Source of the DNA: Antechinus flavipes
Lineage: Eukaryota
Direction of reading: 5' to 3'
DNA length: 64,000 nucleotides
Assembly: GCF_016432865.1 (NCBI RefSeq)
Contig: NC_067399.1
Span: forward strand, 525,016,001-525,080,000
How positions within the stretch are numbered: position 1 is the stretch's first letter; each line of letters starts with the position of its first letter. Shown piece after piece: positions 12,980-25,160 of this stretch. The notes under the pieces were generated by a model that was not told where the DNA came from, did not search any database, and worked only from the letters and a program-made list of their open reading frames with translations. The position numbers were made by a program, and so were the translations under genes.

Positions 12980-13815
12980 CTACTGTGTTTGGGACACCAC
13001 ATTTTAGAAATGATATTTATAAATTAGAGACGATTCAGAGGACAGTGACTAGGATGAAGGGCTTGGACTTGTGATTTATGAGAATTATTTGAAGGAAATG
13101 GGAATTTTCAGGAGGGAACATTTGGCATAGGGGAACATGCTTGTTCTCTTTAAATGTTTAGAAGGCTTACTTATTTTTTTTTAAATAACTTTTTATTGAT
13201 AAAACCCATGCCAGGGTAATTTTTTACAGCATTATCCCTTGCACTCACTTCTGTTCCGATTTTTCCCCTCCCTCCCTTCACCGCCTCCCCCAGATGGCAA
13301 GCAGTCCTTTACATGTTAAATAGCTTACAGTATATCCTAGATACAATATATGTGTGCAGAACCGAACAGTTTTCTTGTTGCACAGGGAGAATTGGATTCA
13401 GAAGGTATAAATAATCCAGGAAGAAAAATAAAAATGCAAGCAGTTTATATTCATTTCCCAGTGTTCTTTCTTTGGGTGTAGCTGCTTCTGTCCATCCTTG
13501 ATCACTTGAAACTGAACCTAGCTCTCTTTATCGAAGCGATCCACTTCCATCAGAATACATCCTCAAACAGTATCGTTGTTGAGGTATATAATGATCTAGA
13601 AGGCTTACTTATTGAAGATGAATCTTTTTGCTGGGCAAAAGTTGCAAAGAAACAAATTTGGGGTTGATTCAACAGCTATCCAAATGCTAATTGAGCTGCC
13701 AGTTCCAGTACATATTTATGTAAAGGTTGAATGATCACTCCTTAGGCATATTGGCTAGGGGATTCTTGTGCAAGGATGGGTTGAAGTACATGGTCTCTAA
13801 GGTCTAAGACTCTGT
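12980..13815 (+). mobile_element. L3/CR1 3' fragment interrupted by a young L1
   Basis: gggacaccacattttagaaatgat...cagaggacagtgactaggatg and the 3' end ggtctctaaggtc...ctctgtgat; continuous across the L1 TSD. Confidence 0.7.
13176..13596 (-). mobile_element. Short L1 3' end with 17-bp TSD
   Basis: TSD TAGAAGGCTTACTTATT at 13159-13175 and 13597-13613; highly similar to the 3' UTR of the L1 at 2595-3810. Confidence 0.97.
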
Positions 13816-14696
13816 GATACTATGCTTTTGGAATAGAAAAGCTTCCAGACCAGTGGCTACAGGCATCATCCTGGGAAGTAACCCTTATGGAAAGAAAGCT
13901 TGACAACTTCTGCTGGTCATATAGCCACATCTATTGAAGATATCTAAAGAAAGCTCTTATTACCAAAGTCCTTGGCACTGACAAATTTAACTTCAAAATT
14001 AGATATGATTTGATCAGTAGGAATGAGAGCAAAGAACTATTATAATCTGCTTTGTTTTTGCAATCTAAAAATCGTGGGGCCTTTCCCCTAAACTTTCAGC
14101 TGAACCCTTCCATGTATATTGTCTCTTCCATTAGAATATTAGCTTCTTGAGAGTAGAGAATGTCTTTCTTTTCTATCAGTAATATACACATAGTAAGTAC
14201 TTAATAAATATTTAATTCATTCATATTGTGGAATGCTTGAATGATCTCTGAGTTTTAGTGGGCCAAGATTTTGCCTCTGGCAAATCTTCTGAGGCTACAT
14301 GGGTACATCAGACTTCAGCTCCCAACCCTCTGCTAGAACTGTTCTCTTAAGTTTGCCAATAATCTCCTAGTCACCAACTCAATGGATTTTTTTGATCCTC
14401 TAAAATTTCATTATGTTGATTATCCCCTTTTAGCCACACATTTGGCATTGGAGGCACCACACTTTTGTGGTTATTCTCCTTTTCAAGTGAATTCAAATAA
14501 ATACTTTTAAGTATTCAATACATATGTCATTAATAATGACATGTTTAATATTTATGCTACATAAATCATTATGATCATAAATTTAGGGCTGGAAAGTAGT
14601 AAGAAGCCATTTTGTCCAAACCTTAAATCTTACAGTTGAGAAAGTTAAGATTCTGAAAGCCCAAGTGAATTACCAAGGCTCACACAACTAATTTAT

Positions 14697-14970
14697 GTTG
14701 TTGTTCAGTTGTGTTCAACTCTTTGTGACCCTGTGGACCACAGCACAGCAATATTGTCCATAAAGTTTTTTGGCAAAGATTGTGCAGTACCTTTCCATTT
14801 CCTTTTCCAGATCATTTTTACCAATGAGGAAACAGAGGAAAACAGATTTAAGTGAATTGTCCAGCTTAAGTAACCTACACAGCTAATAAGTGTCTCAGGT
14901 TGGATTTGAACTCAGGTCTTCATGATTCCAGATCATTCAGTGCTCTAGCTTCTGAGCTACCTGGCTGCCT
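14697..14970 (-). mobile_element. MAR1-type CORE-SINE
   Basis: RTE-like tail (gttgttgttcagttgtgttcaactctttgtgaccc), CORE, and reverse B box (ggatttgaactc). Confidence 0.8.
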
Positions 14971-15119
14971 AACTCATTAATACTAGAGCAGTATTTGAAT
15001 ATAGGTCTACAGATCTCTTAACATTAATTTCAGCACCCTCTCCAATGTGTCATGCTGTGGCATATTGCATGACAAAACATGGGTGATACAAAGACTAAAT
15101 TAATACTGACACTATTCTA

Positions 15120-15345
15120 AAAACTGTGTAGTATAATGGGAAAAATAATGGAATTGGAGTCAGGAAACATAGAAATTATTTCTGATGATGAATATGAGTT
15201 AGCTTCAACTTCTATGAGCCTCAATTTCCTCATATGTAAAATGGAGATAATAAATATAAAGTCCTATCCCCTAAGGTTATCAATCAAGAGAGTGTATGTA
15301 AAGTACTTTGCAAATTTTAGTTGAAGCACTCTATATGTTTATGCT
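15120..15345 (+). mobile_element. MIR
   Basis: ggaattggagtcagga...gagcctcaatttcctcatatgtaaaatggagataat...gtaaagtactttgcaaa. Confidence 0.75.
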
Positions 15346-15539
15346 ATTTTTAATCTAACAGGAGGAAATGATATAGAAAAATAATTATGATATTTCAGGA
15401 AAAAGGTAACTACAAGGAGAGGTGTCTATTTGAAATGTAATTGGGCTGTCTGAAATGGGGTTTCCTGAAACTTAACATGTTTAAAACCTAAGTTATCTAT
15501 TGAAAACTAACTCTCCTTCCTGGTCTTCATTTATTCATT

Positions 15540-16510
15540 CATTTCATTCATTCACTCACTTAAGAAGTATTTGTTAAGGATAATATTGTGTGCCAAAAAT
15601 TCAAGAAGTATTTAAGGATCATACACTGTGCCAGAAATTGTGTTAAGTACTTGCAATAAAAAATTTTAAAAATCCCTTTTCTCAAGAAGATTACAGTCCT
15701 TGTTGCCAAGAGAGATAAGGAAAACATCAAAGTCATACAGATAAATACAAAACATATACAAAGTAAATGCAAAATAACATTTTTTGGGGNNNNNNNNNNN
15801 NNNNNNNNNNNNNNNNNNNNNNNNNNNNNNNNNNNNNNNNNNNNNNNNNNNNNNNNNNNNNNNNNNNNNNNNNNNNNNNNNNNNNNNNNNNNNNNNNNNN
15901 NNNNNNNNNNNNNNNNNNNNNNNNNNNNNNNNNNNGATAGCATGATAGCATTTGGGTAAAGACCTGAAAGAAGCTATATAGTATATGAGACAAAGCTAAA
16001 GCAAATATATATTTTAGGCATGGGAGAGAGACTGCCTGCTTAAAGTCATAAACAGAAGATGCAATATAGGGCACAGAAAATAGCAAGACTAACTTGATTA
16101 GAGCTTAGAGTAGTCATTCTGAAAAGGTAGACTAAAATTGTACTGGCAAAAATTTTATATGCAAAATAGTGAAGCATGAAGTTGAACCCAGAAGCAAGAA
16201 GGAGCCAGAAATATCTGGTCAGATCTATGCCTTAGGTATATCAATTGAGTTTGTGTGGAATAAAAACTTGAGAGGAAGCAAGGATACTAATTAAGAAGTT
16301 TCTCCATCTACAAAAGAAGAGATGAGGTGATGAACTATGAGTGACCATATAAATAGAAGGAAGGGAACAGATTTAAGAGATGTCATAGAGGTAGAATGGA
16401 CAAGACATGGTAACTGATTGGATAAAAAGAATGAAGAAGATTTGGGTTCTAATTCGCCTGTCCCCACATGCAGCCATATACCAGGAAAGAAAACTGTGAT
16501 GAAAAATTAT
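15540..16510 (-). mobile_element. L2 3' region spanning an N gap
   Basis: ttcattcattca tail followed by purine-rich L2-like text. Boundaries approximate. Confidence 0.6.
15790..15935. other. Assembly gap (146 N)
   Basis: Run of N. Confidence 1.
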
Positions 16511-16519
16511 AGATATAGG

Positions 16520-16920
16520 AAGGTAGGTAACACAGTGGCTAAGCATAGGATTTGGAATCAGGGAAGCATGAGTCAAAATCTTGCCTCAGACACTTAATAA
16601 CGATGTGTTTCTGGACAAGTCATATAGCCATATTGTGTCAGTTTCTTTGTCTGTAAAAGTGAAATGATAACTTATAAAGGCACTACCAATGCAAACCCTT
16701 CAAGCCTGCCACACTCTTGGGTAACAAAGGCTTATTCTGGAGGAAATTCATGAACTATGTCCTAAGATGTGCTATTGTCCCATAAAAACCAGGGCCTGCT
16801 CCAACTTTCCCTAGACAACAGGATAGTGCCTTGTTTTGATAATAAAATGACTCAACATATATAAATCTCTTTGCAAGCCTTAAAACTTTATGGAAAAGTA
16901 AGCTATTTTTATTATTATTG
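16520..16920 (+). mobile_element. MIR split by a ~150-bp insertion
   Basis: Head and CORE at 16520-16675 (tcttgcctcagacactt...gtttctttgtctgtaaaa); 3' part resumes at ~16825 (aaaatgactcaacatatataaatctctttgcaagccttaaaac). Confidence 0.7.
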
Positions 16921-17576
16921 TTATCATCATTATCATCATCATCAGATTCTGTTTTGCATGATATCTTTGGATTGTGGACCTCTAAGCTTCTTGAAGTTCT
17001 ATTTTGGGAAGAGATTGCTTGGGGGAATGTGTAATAGCAGCAAATCTGTAATAACAGAATTACCATCCGTGTTAAGTAACTCCTTCCTCTTCCTGTCATT
17101 TTGAATGGATTCATAGGAGAGGTAATTTGGAACAGTGAAAAAATTAACTGCATTTGTAGTCAAAGAACTTGAATTCTGATCCTAAACTTTGCCTCCTACT
17201 TTCTGTATAACTTTGAACAAGACAATTGTTTCTTTATCTACAAAATGATAGGGTTGGACTAGGTGACTTGCAAGGGTACTGAGAACCTTTCTCTTCTCAT
17301 CCTGTGAACTTTGGGAACTCCAGTTTTTATTTTTTAGCTATTGGGGCAATAAGATCACCTGAAATACTGGTATTCACATTATTTCCCTAATTTTAATAAC
17401 TACAGGAATCACTGTTCACAGTTTTTCCCTTAAGGTAGGAAAAGTTGGAGCAGGCCCTGGTTTTTCTGGGACACTAGCACTTCGTGTTTAGGATACAGCA
17501 CATGAATGTTCTCCAGAACAGGCCTAGGTAGCTCAGGTAAGTGGCAAGCTTGAAGATTTGTATTAGTGGTGCCTTT
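16676..17576. repeat. Inverted repeat: arms 16676-16813 and 17436-17576
   Basis: Hand alignment of arm 1 with the reverse complement of arm 2 gives 111 of 142 columns identical; the inner 45 bp are 42/45 identical. Confidence 0.92.
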
Positions 17577-18513
17577 GAAAGAGGAAAACCCATCTCCTTG
17601 GAACTGCTAGTACTTTGAAACAGAGTTCAGGGAAATGTTTGATTTCCTCCACATGAAAGATGCTGTAGATTTTATATTAAATATCATGCAAAGGGCAAGC
17701 TCCCTACTGGAGAACACCAATTTAAGTATTTGGAAACCGTTTGGGACTGAGAGATCTAGAAAGAGATTTTTAAAACAGTGATTGAACTTTGACAGATGAG
17801 GAAATGAAGGTTTAGATACAGTGTCTTTATGAGTGACAGGGGTGAGATGTGAACTCAAGTCTTGCTATTCCTAGTCCAGTGCTTACTTTACTACATGAAA
17901 GGAAGATATATTAGCTTCCCCTGATTTCTAACTTTCTTCTTGCAGGACAAGCAAATAAAGTTCTTGCCTAGTGGAAGCATTTCTGAATGTCATCATTCTT
18001 AGCTGATATGTAGGCTCTTTAATGTGAATAAGGCATTTAGCTCTAGTGGCCTAGGAAGAGATCAAGGAGATTTCTTTTTCATAATTCAGGATAGTTGTAT
18101 AACAGGGTGGCAGATAACAGCAATTCCCCTTTTCTTTTACTTCTCTGGAGAGGACATAGCCTACAGAAGTTTTTTCATTGCTTTGAAACTGCTCTATAAA
18201 GTGAAAAATGATTGTTTTCTCTCATAGATCACCTACTACCTCTCCCCAGGCAAAGACCTGGTACCAAGGATCTGAGGTATTTCACCTCTGGTGGGTTACT
18301 GTCTGTTTCTTTAAATTATCAAAAAATCCAAGCAAAAGCAAAAATTAAAAACAAGAACAACAAAGTTTTATAGTTTGATTTGAGGTTTATGTGGGGACAA
18401 GGTCTATATAATAAAATGAAAATGAATATCCTGGCTTCTGCAAACTCTGCCCCATCAAATTAATAATGGAAAACATCACATCAAAGTACTCCTTGTGTTC
18501 AATAGCCTGTGGC

Positions 18514-18645
18514 NNNNNNNNNNNNNNNNNNNNNNNNNNNNNNNNNNNNNNNNNNNNNNNNNNNNNNNNNNNNNNNNNNNNNNNNNNNNNNNNNNNNNNN
18601 NNNNNNNNNNNNNNNNNNNNNNNNNNNNNNNNNNNNNNNNNNNNN
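18514..18645. other. Assembly gap (132 N)
   Basis: Run of N. Confidence 1.
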
Positions 18646-19816
18646 AATGACCACACTCTTGGAAAGGAGAGTAGCTTTGGGTCTCACCTCATTACATCTT
18701 AGTAGTACTAAAGGGGACTGCTAGTGAAAATGAGTCACTTTAGCAAGACAACTACATCCTGTTCCTTTACATATACAAACAGTAATATCTGAAAATTTGA
18801 GACAATTTATTCCTCAGATTCTGTGCCTGATTCAGATTCAAATTTAAAAAAAAATGAATATGGATTCTATTGTATTCGGCTTTCAAAACACTCCAACACA
18901 CAAGTTATGTTTATCATTGATCATTAAAAGAGGACAAGCATCTCAGAAAAATCTCATGTCTCCCTCAAAAGTGGTCCTATTTGTTTCAAGGAATGGGTAT
19001 TTGGATTGTATTTGGTATTTTAAATCTTAAATATCTAGGCTGGTTGATCTTCTTATGACCTCATTTTTGACCCCTGTGCAGCACTTTAAACTGTTGACCA
19101 CACTACTCTCTTGGGTATTCTATTTTCTCTGGTATTTTTATGATTCTCCTTCTGGTTTTTTTAATGCCTCTTACTATTTCATTGCTGGCCCATCATCCAT
19201 ATTCTGCTCCCAAATTATGGATTTCTCCAATGGCTCCGTTGTGTATCTTGATCTCTCTATTTCACTCTCTTTTAATGATTGCATCAGTTCTCATGTGTTA
19301 AATTGTCACCTCTATGACTATTATTCTCAGATCTCTATATCCTTATCATGTCTCTCTCCTATGCTCTAGTGATATATCATGAATTGCCTATTTTAATTTC
19401 ATATTTGACGTCCTGTATCTTAAACTTAACATATATAAAGCAGAACTCCCTAATCTTTACCCTTAAACATTTGCCCTCTTCAACAAATCCCTATTTTGCA
19501 TAAATGTAGTACTATACTTTTGATTGACTAGATTCAAAATCTTATTGTCATTTTCAACTCATTATTCCCTTATTCTACTTGTATAATCAATTGCCAATTT
19601 TATTGCTTCTACTTCTGTGGCATCTTTGAGATATGATGGAGCCCTCTCATTATGAAGTCCTCCTCCTAGTTCAGGCTCTCTTTACCTCTCACCTGGAATA
19701 TCGCAATAGCTTCCCTGAAGAATGACCCTACCTCAAGTCTCTCTTCACTTTAATGCGTCTTCTGAAGAGAAGACAAAGTAATTATTCTAAAAGGAAGTCT
19801 ATATCACTTCCTTATT

Positions 19817-20206
19817 TGCAGAAGGCTGAAACTTTGAAAAAGGTGTGCTTGAATCAGACAAGAGAGCACTTAAGGCTAATTACATATTCTATATGAGATA
19901 ATGGCTCTATAAGCATATATTTAGATGATGGCTCTCCTCATGATTGGGGCTTGCTGAATGCTTGGTGGTGAGGTAATTGTAGGCAAGGATTGGAGGGTGG
20001 AAGAAGAGGAGTCAGGGTCACTTGGTGGCAGGATGAGGAGGAGAGAGGCTGGAGACTCCAGACTCCAGAATTCAGCGCACATCTTTGGCAAACTGCATGG
20101 CAGATTCCCTGCCTCCTTCACTTCTCCCTCTAAAGACCAAGAGCTTTGAGTAATCCTGACTCTATCTGATCCTGAAACTCTCCAGGGAGCTAACCCATAC
20201 TTTACA
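19817..20206 (+). mobile_element. ERV solo LTR (390 bp)
   Basis: TG...CA termini (tgcagaaggctgaaac...catactttaca); 6-bp TSD CTTATT/CTTACT with one mismatch; locally higher GC; resembles a marsupial LTR family from memory. Confidence 0.85.
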
Positions 20207-20429
20207 CTTACTCAGTAATCTCTAGAGGTATTCTATTAAATTTGGGATCAAATATAAATGTCTGGAATTTAATTCTATTCACAACTTGGGCTTTTAATAC
20301 TTTTCTAGCTTTATTCATTATTCCTCTTCATCCACAGTGATATACTGGCCTTCTTTCTCTTCCCCACATGATATTCCTTTCATATCTGTGCCTTTTTGCT
20401 GTCTGTCAATCCTGCATGAAATAACAATA

Positions 20430-20665
20430 ACAATAATAATAATATCTATAGAGTACTTTAAGTTTTGTAGAGCATTTTAAAAGTGTTATCTATTTGATCT
20501 TCACAATAACTCTGGGAAGTAAGTGCTATTTTTATTTCCATTTTACAAATGAGGAAATTAAGGCAGACAGAGGTTAAATGATGTGTTCAGCGTTACACAG
20601 GTAATAATAGACTGAGACTAGATTTGACTTCAGGACTTCCTGACTGTTCAGGACCATATCCACTG
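20430..20665 (-). mobile_element. MIR
   Basis: ttttacaaatgaggaaattaaggcagacagaggttaaatga and gatttgacttcagg. Confidence 0.8.
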
Positions 20666-20828
20666 TATTGCCTAACCTATCTTACTTATACTCCCTCCTC
20701 ACCTTTACTTTTGAGAATCACCAGCTTCCTTTAAAATTCAGCTCAAGTACTGTATTCTATATGAAGCCTTTCTTGACCCCTTTGCCCTCTAGCTACTACC
20801 TACTCTTCTTCAAGCCATCTTGCATCTT

Positions 20829-20830
<2 letters not shown>

Positions 20831-20869
<39 letters not shown>
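20831..20869 (+). repeat. (CA)n microsatellite
   Basis: About 19 perfect CA units. Confidence 0.97.
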
Positions 20870-20872
<3 letters not shown>

Positions 20873-23314
20873 TCTCCTCTAGCTAGATGGTTGGCTCCTT
20901 AAGGACAATGATTATCTTATCTCTATCTTTGTATCTTCAGTCCCTAGCATGGTGCTTAGCATATATCAAGTGTTTAATAAATGTTTGTTGTTTGATTCTT
21001 CTTTTGTTCTTGTATGTATTTCCATCACTGCCCAACCCTATTTGAATAAGAAATCAAACCATCTATGGGTAAGAAGATAAAAATATAACTAAAATCAATT
21101 AGTTCATTTTCATGTGTTCTTAGAAAAGGATCTTTGATTTCTCCCTGAGACTGATTTCAAGATATTAACATTAAATGAGAAAGCCATCCCTCAAGGGTGG
21201 AAGCTAGTACTTCTCCCATCCTTTAAATGACAATCTCTCACCTCTCTTGCCCCTAATCTTTGTGATTCATAATTTTTGTGAGCCAAAGTGAAAACTCCCT
21301 TACCTTGTCTTGCCACTATTCCTATCCTTTCAATTTACTTGCTCTACTCTTATTCCTCCCCAATTCTTATTTTACTCACTATACCCTCTGAAAAAAAATT
21401 TAATATTTTTTTGTTTGTTTAAAAATCCAGAAACTTGGATACCTCTGGAAGACAATGAATCCTTGGCTATCATTTCACCCATCAGAAATCACATGTAAGA
21501 ATGGTCACACCTTACGTTTCACTCATCATTATTTCACTTACCTTATTTCCTCCATGATAGTGAACCTCAATTTTTTTCTTTAATTATTACTCCTTTCTTT
21601 TCTCTCACTTTCAAATATTTGTTTTCCTTTTTCACCATGACCTTCAAATTCTCAAATTATCCTTTATATCCTCCCATTCTTCATGAAGTTAACTTTAGGC
21701 TGAGTTTTTTGACTTCAGGCTTTTTGTGTTATAAAATGTTGCCTCAAACAAATTGAGATAAACGGGTAAAATTGGGATTTTTCACTCAGATTAAATCTAA
21801 TATTTAGATGGGCTACAGCTTGTTTTTAACTTTTAGAATCCAGAGTTTTCATTATTTCCCAGACTTGAAAGTAGACTTGAACCACTTGAATTTGTTATTG
21901 TAATTTCTCAGTAGAAGTCTTCATTTATAGTTTCCATAAGACTCTAGTATGACTCTGACCCTAATCACTTTTAGTTAGTTTTCTCTTATGCTTAGCTTAT
22001 TTAGTTTAGTCATCTTCTGTTGGTATTATGCTATGTCAGTGCCACTTGTAAGATCATTTTTATCTGTACTTGCATCTGCTCCTCATATTTAAAATCTCAC
22101 ATCCTTATTTCCTTCTCCAAACTCACTCAGATTTCCCAGTAATAACGAAAGCTAGTAAAGTTGGATCCTCCATGGGCAGCACTATTCCAACTGTGTGCAC
22201 AAACTGCTCAAAGTTAATCTGAATCAATTTGGATGCCCAGGCCCTCTGTCAGATTCCTGCCCTTGTTGAATAATGATTTTCATTTAATGAGGTTATAATA
22301 AGTTAGAGTCTACTTTTCTGCTTTAAAGTATCCTGAATTCCTTGAAGAATCATCTCAAGAGCTAACCCCTGCAGGAGATATTTCCTTCTAAGGCCTTAAT
22401 TTATAAGCTTTCTTTCCATCTACTTAGTATGTATCTTGGATTTGGTGATTTAGGTATATGATTATCTCCCCTAAAAGAATATAAGCTTATGGAAGGCAGG
22501 GATAATTTTTGTTTTTTCTTTGTGAACTTAGCACTTAGCACAACATTTGTCTCTTAGTCAGTACTTCATTAACATCTGTTTATGGATCACTTAAAAAACA
22601 ATTTTGTATAATGGTATGCTAAAAATTGACATTAAATGTAGAGTTAGGAATGTTCATATGAAATATTTTCCAATAACATATATTGAATTCAAATAGGAAA
22701 GAGAATTGATTTTGATGCAAGTTCTCCAATAGTTTCTATTCACAAGGCACATTCATTAATCAACCTACAAGTATTTCAAGTGCCTATTATATTCCAAACC
22801 ACAGGTGAGAATCAGCTAGGGAGACACAAAACATGGATGAGTAGTCCTGAAAAAGTCTTGGCAAGTCACACACCAGAGCTGGTAATCTTTCTTGAATACT
22901 CAATATGTCCTAGATATATGTAAGTCAGGTATATAACAAACCAAATTCATAGTTGATAAAATTAGATAGTGATTCATTTAAATTACTCAACTTATGGTTA
23001 TTTAAACAGAAATTTATATCTCTATCCCATCCTCATATATAATTACTAAATTTATAAATATTTGATATACAAATCAGGTTTTTTTGGTAGCATATCAAAT
23101 AAAGCAAGGAACACCTACACAAAGGGGAGAAAAACCATAGTGTCAGAACAAAGCTTCCTGGAAACTGTTCTCTCAAGAAAATGTTGCATGTACAGCAGCC
23201 ACATTCTAGTAAATGATCTTACCAGAAGGTCCAAACCAGGTGGAGAATAACAAACAGACTTCAAACTTTTCTGTGAATTGAGGGATGTCTATCACAAGTA
23301 TATGAAAGTTTAGA

Positions 23315-23535
23315 ATTTGGCCTGACATCAAAGACGCCAGGATTATCCATTGCATCTCAAGCCATTACCAGTCATCTTGACTTGACTTTTGTCTTGACAC
23401 TATACTTTGGTGACTCTGGAGGAGAGAGTGAAACTTTGTGCAATATTGCCTCATTTAAATCCAATTCATACATAAATCAAAACATCATTCCTTGATATCA
23501 CTGGTCCTCTTCAAAAAAAAAAAGATGAACAACAA
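23315..23535 (+). mobile_element. MdoRep1/WALLSI-like SINE 3' part
   Basis: gccattaccagtcatcttgactt...gtgactctggaggagagagtga...gaacaacaa; similar to 11270-11475. Confidence 0.7.
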
Positions 23536-24369
23536 TACAATTTTACACATTATTCCAGCTATCAAGGATTCAATACAATATAAAAATGAGACAATTCCTA
23601 CCTTCAAGGAGCTTATATTCTATATAGTGTCATTGTATTAATTGCATTGTGGTCCCAAAACATGACATGTTTCTTTCATGAAATGAAAGTGTTTAAAATA
23701 TCCACTGACGTTGGAAGAACAAAGTAGACTACATACTAATCAGATAAGCAACTGAATGGTCGGTCTACTGAATTAGTCATTTATCTATATTTAACCTATC
23801 TATGTACACAAATAGATATAGATATAGCTATGTACAGTCTAGGTACTACAAAAGAATCATCTATACAGAATTGAACATGAGAAGATGCAGCTGGGTTTCA
23901 TTTGGGAAATTATACAGTACTTTCCATGACCCTAAAATTCTTGCTCCTAAAAATCATGTCTCTTTAATAGCAACATTTTTACAATGATGCTATGTAACTG
24001 CAATATCTCAGAGAACTGTCTCAATTACAAACTATTCACATACAATGATGCATGGTGTAAACATCCAACACGGGGAGAAATTTGACCAGATAACCTTTTC
24101 TGTTTTTTCTTTATTCTTCATCTTTTACTTGATAGCTGTGGTAAATAATGGCTTTTACCAAGTTGTTGATCAATGGCATCTCATGAACTGTGGCAATTTG
24201 AATAACCATTTGCTTGATTCAAGAAGATGTTCTTGCCATATAGCTACTGTCTTTGGTAAGCAACATTGACATTTATCTATTCTCCTGGAATATTCAGTAT
24301 AAAAGGATTTAGAAATAAGTAAAGAAGCAATTTTATGTCTTCCATTATTCTATTTTTTTGACTCATTTC

Positions 24370-24960
24370 TTTTTTATTTGGCAACCTAATCTAGTCATGG
24401 GCCTTTAGTTATTACCTGTGTGTAGATAATTCCCAAGTTTATAGGTCCAATCTGAGTTATTCCTTGAAGCTTTAGTTCCCTTTAATTGCCTGCTGGACAT
24501 CTGCACCTGAATGTCTCATGAACATCTCAAACTTAATATATACAGAGCTGAATTCATTGTCCACTCTCAAAGCGCATCTTCAACTAGTTTATTTCTATTA
24601 GTGTCTTCCATGTGCTCTGATCCAATTTCAAAACCTCAGAATGATCTTTAACATTTTCTTTGCCCTCATCCCTCTCACCCAATCTGTTGCTAATTCCTGT
24701 CAATTCTATCTTTTTTCCTTGTTGACACCCAAACAGTCGCTATTCTTGTTCAGATCCTTGTTCATTTTTGCTTCCTAATAGATTTCTCTTCTTCCAAGCT
24801 CATCCTATTCCAAATCATGCTTCATACAGTTCCCAAAATTGTTTTCTTAATGCATAGATCTGATTATGTTCATTAATCCCTTGCTCAGAAACTTTCAGTA
24901 TCTTCTATATGGTAAAATATATACTTTTTTGGGCGTACTTTTTAAGGGACATAAAGAGAG
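24370..24960 (+). mobile_element. L2 fragment
   Basis: ctgctggacatctgcacctgaatgtctcatgaacatctcaaacttaat...ctgaattcatt. Confidence 0.65.
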
Positions 24961-24984
24961 AAAGGGACTTACCCTTTGGTTTCC

Positions 24985-25160
24985 ATGGTATAGGGAGGTT
25001 GTTGTTTGTCCTTTGTTCTCAAAAAGGCCCATGTCAACAGGGAGGTAATGCCATGACATGCAAGTGGATTGGATTTAAATGAAGGAGGGCTGGACAAGGT
25101 TATCTGTCTCACTTTCCAGAGCCATCTGGAAACAGAAAAAGAACATAGTCCTGGCCCTGA
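24985..25160 (-). mobile_element. WALLSI-like SINE fragment
   Basis: gttgttgtttgtcctttgttctc tail and ggattggatttaaatgaagg. Confidence 0.6.

Larger units (their letters stand above)
19060..21000 (+). mobile_element. L2 LINE, interrupted by a solo LTR and a MIR
   Basis: L2-like text continuous across the LTR (atatcacttccttact|cagtaatctctagagg...ggatcaaatataaa); 3' end tttaataaatgtttgttg at ~20975. Confidence 0.7.

Noticed and set aside
16755-17153. 132-aa minus ORF with a hydrophobic stretch and a D/N run
   Set aside because: The D/N run comes from the MIR (tat/cat)n tail and the C-terminus from the inverted arm; a composite, chance ORF.
17435-17536. Coding exon ending at CAG|GTAAGT
   Set aside because: Stops in all three frames from both candidate acceptors; could only be non-coding. 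Covered in the inverted-repeat finding.
15560-18724. ORFs spanning the N runs (also 42457-42775)
   Set aside because: Artefacts of translating through assembly gaps.
19921-20149. Overlapping ORFs on both strands (also 62911-63183)
   Set aside because: They lie inside solo LTRs; GC-richer sequence simply has fewer stops.
22127-22156. AFVITGKS as a Walker A motif
   Set aside because: It fits the loose [AG]x4GK[ST] pattern but lacks P-loop composition and context.
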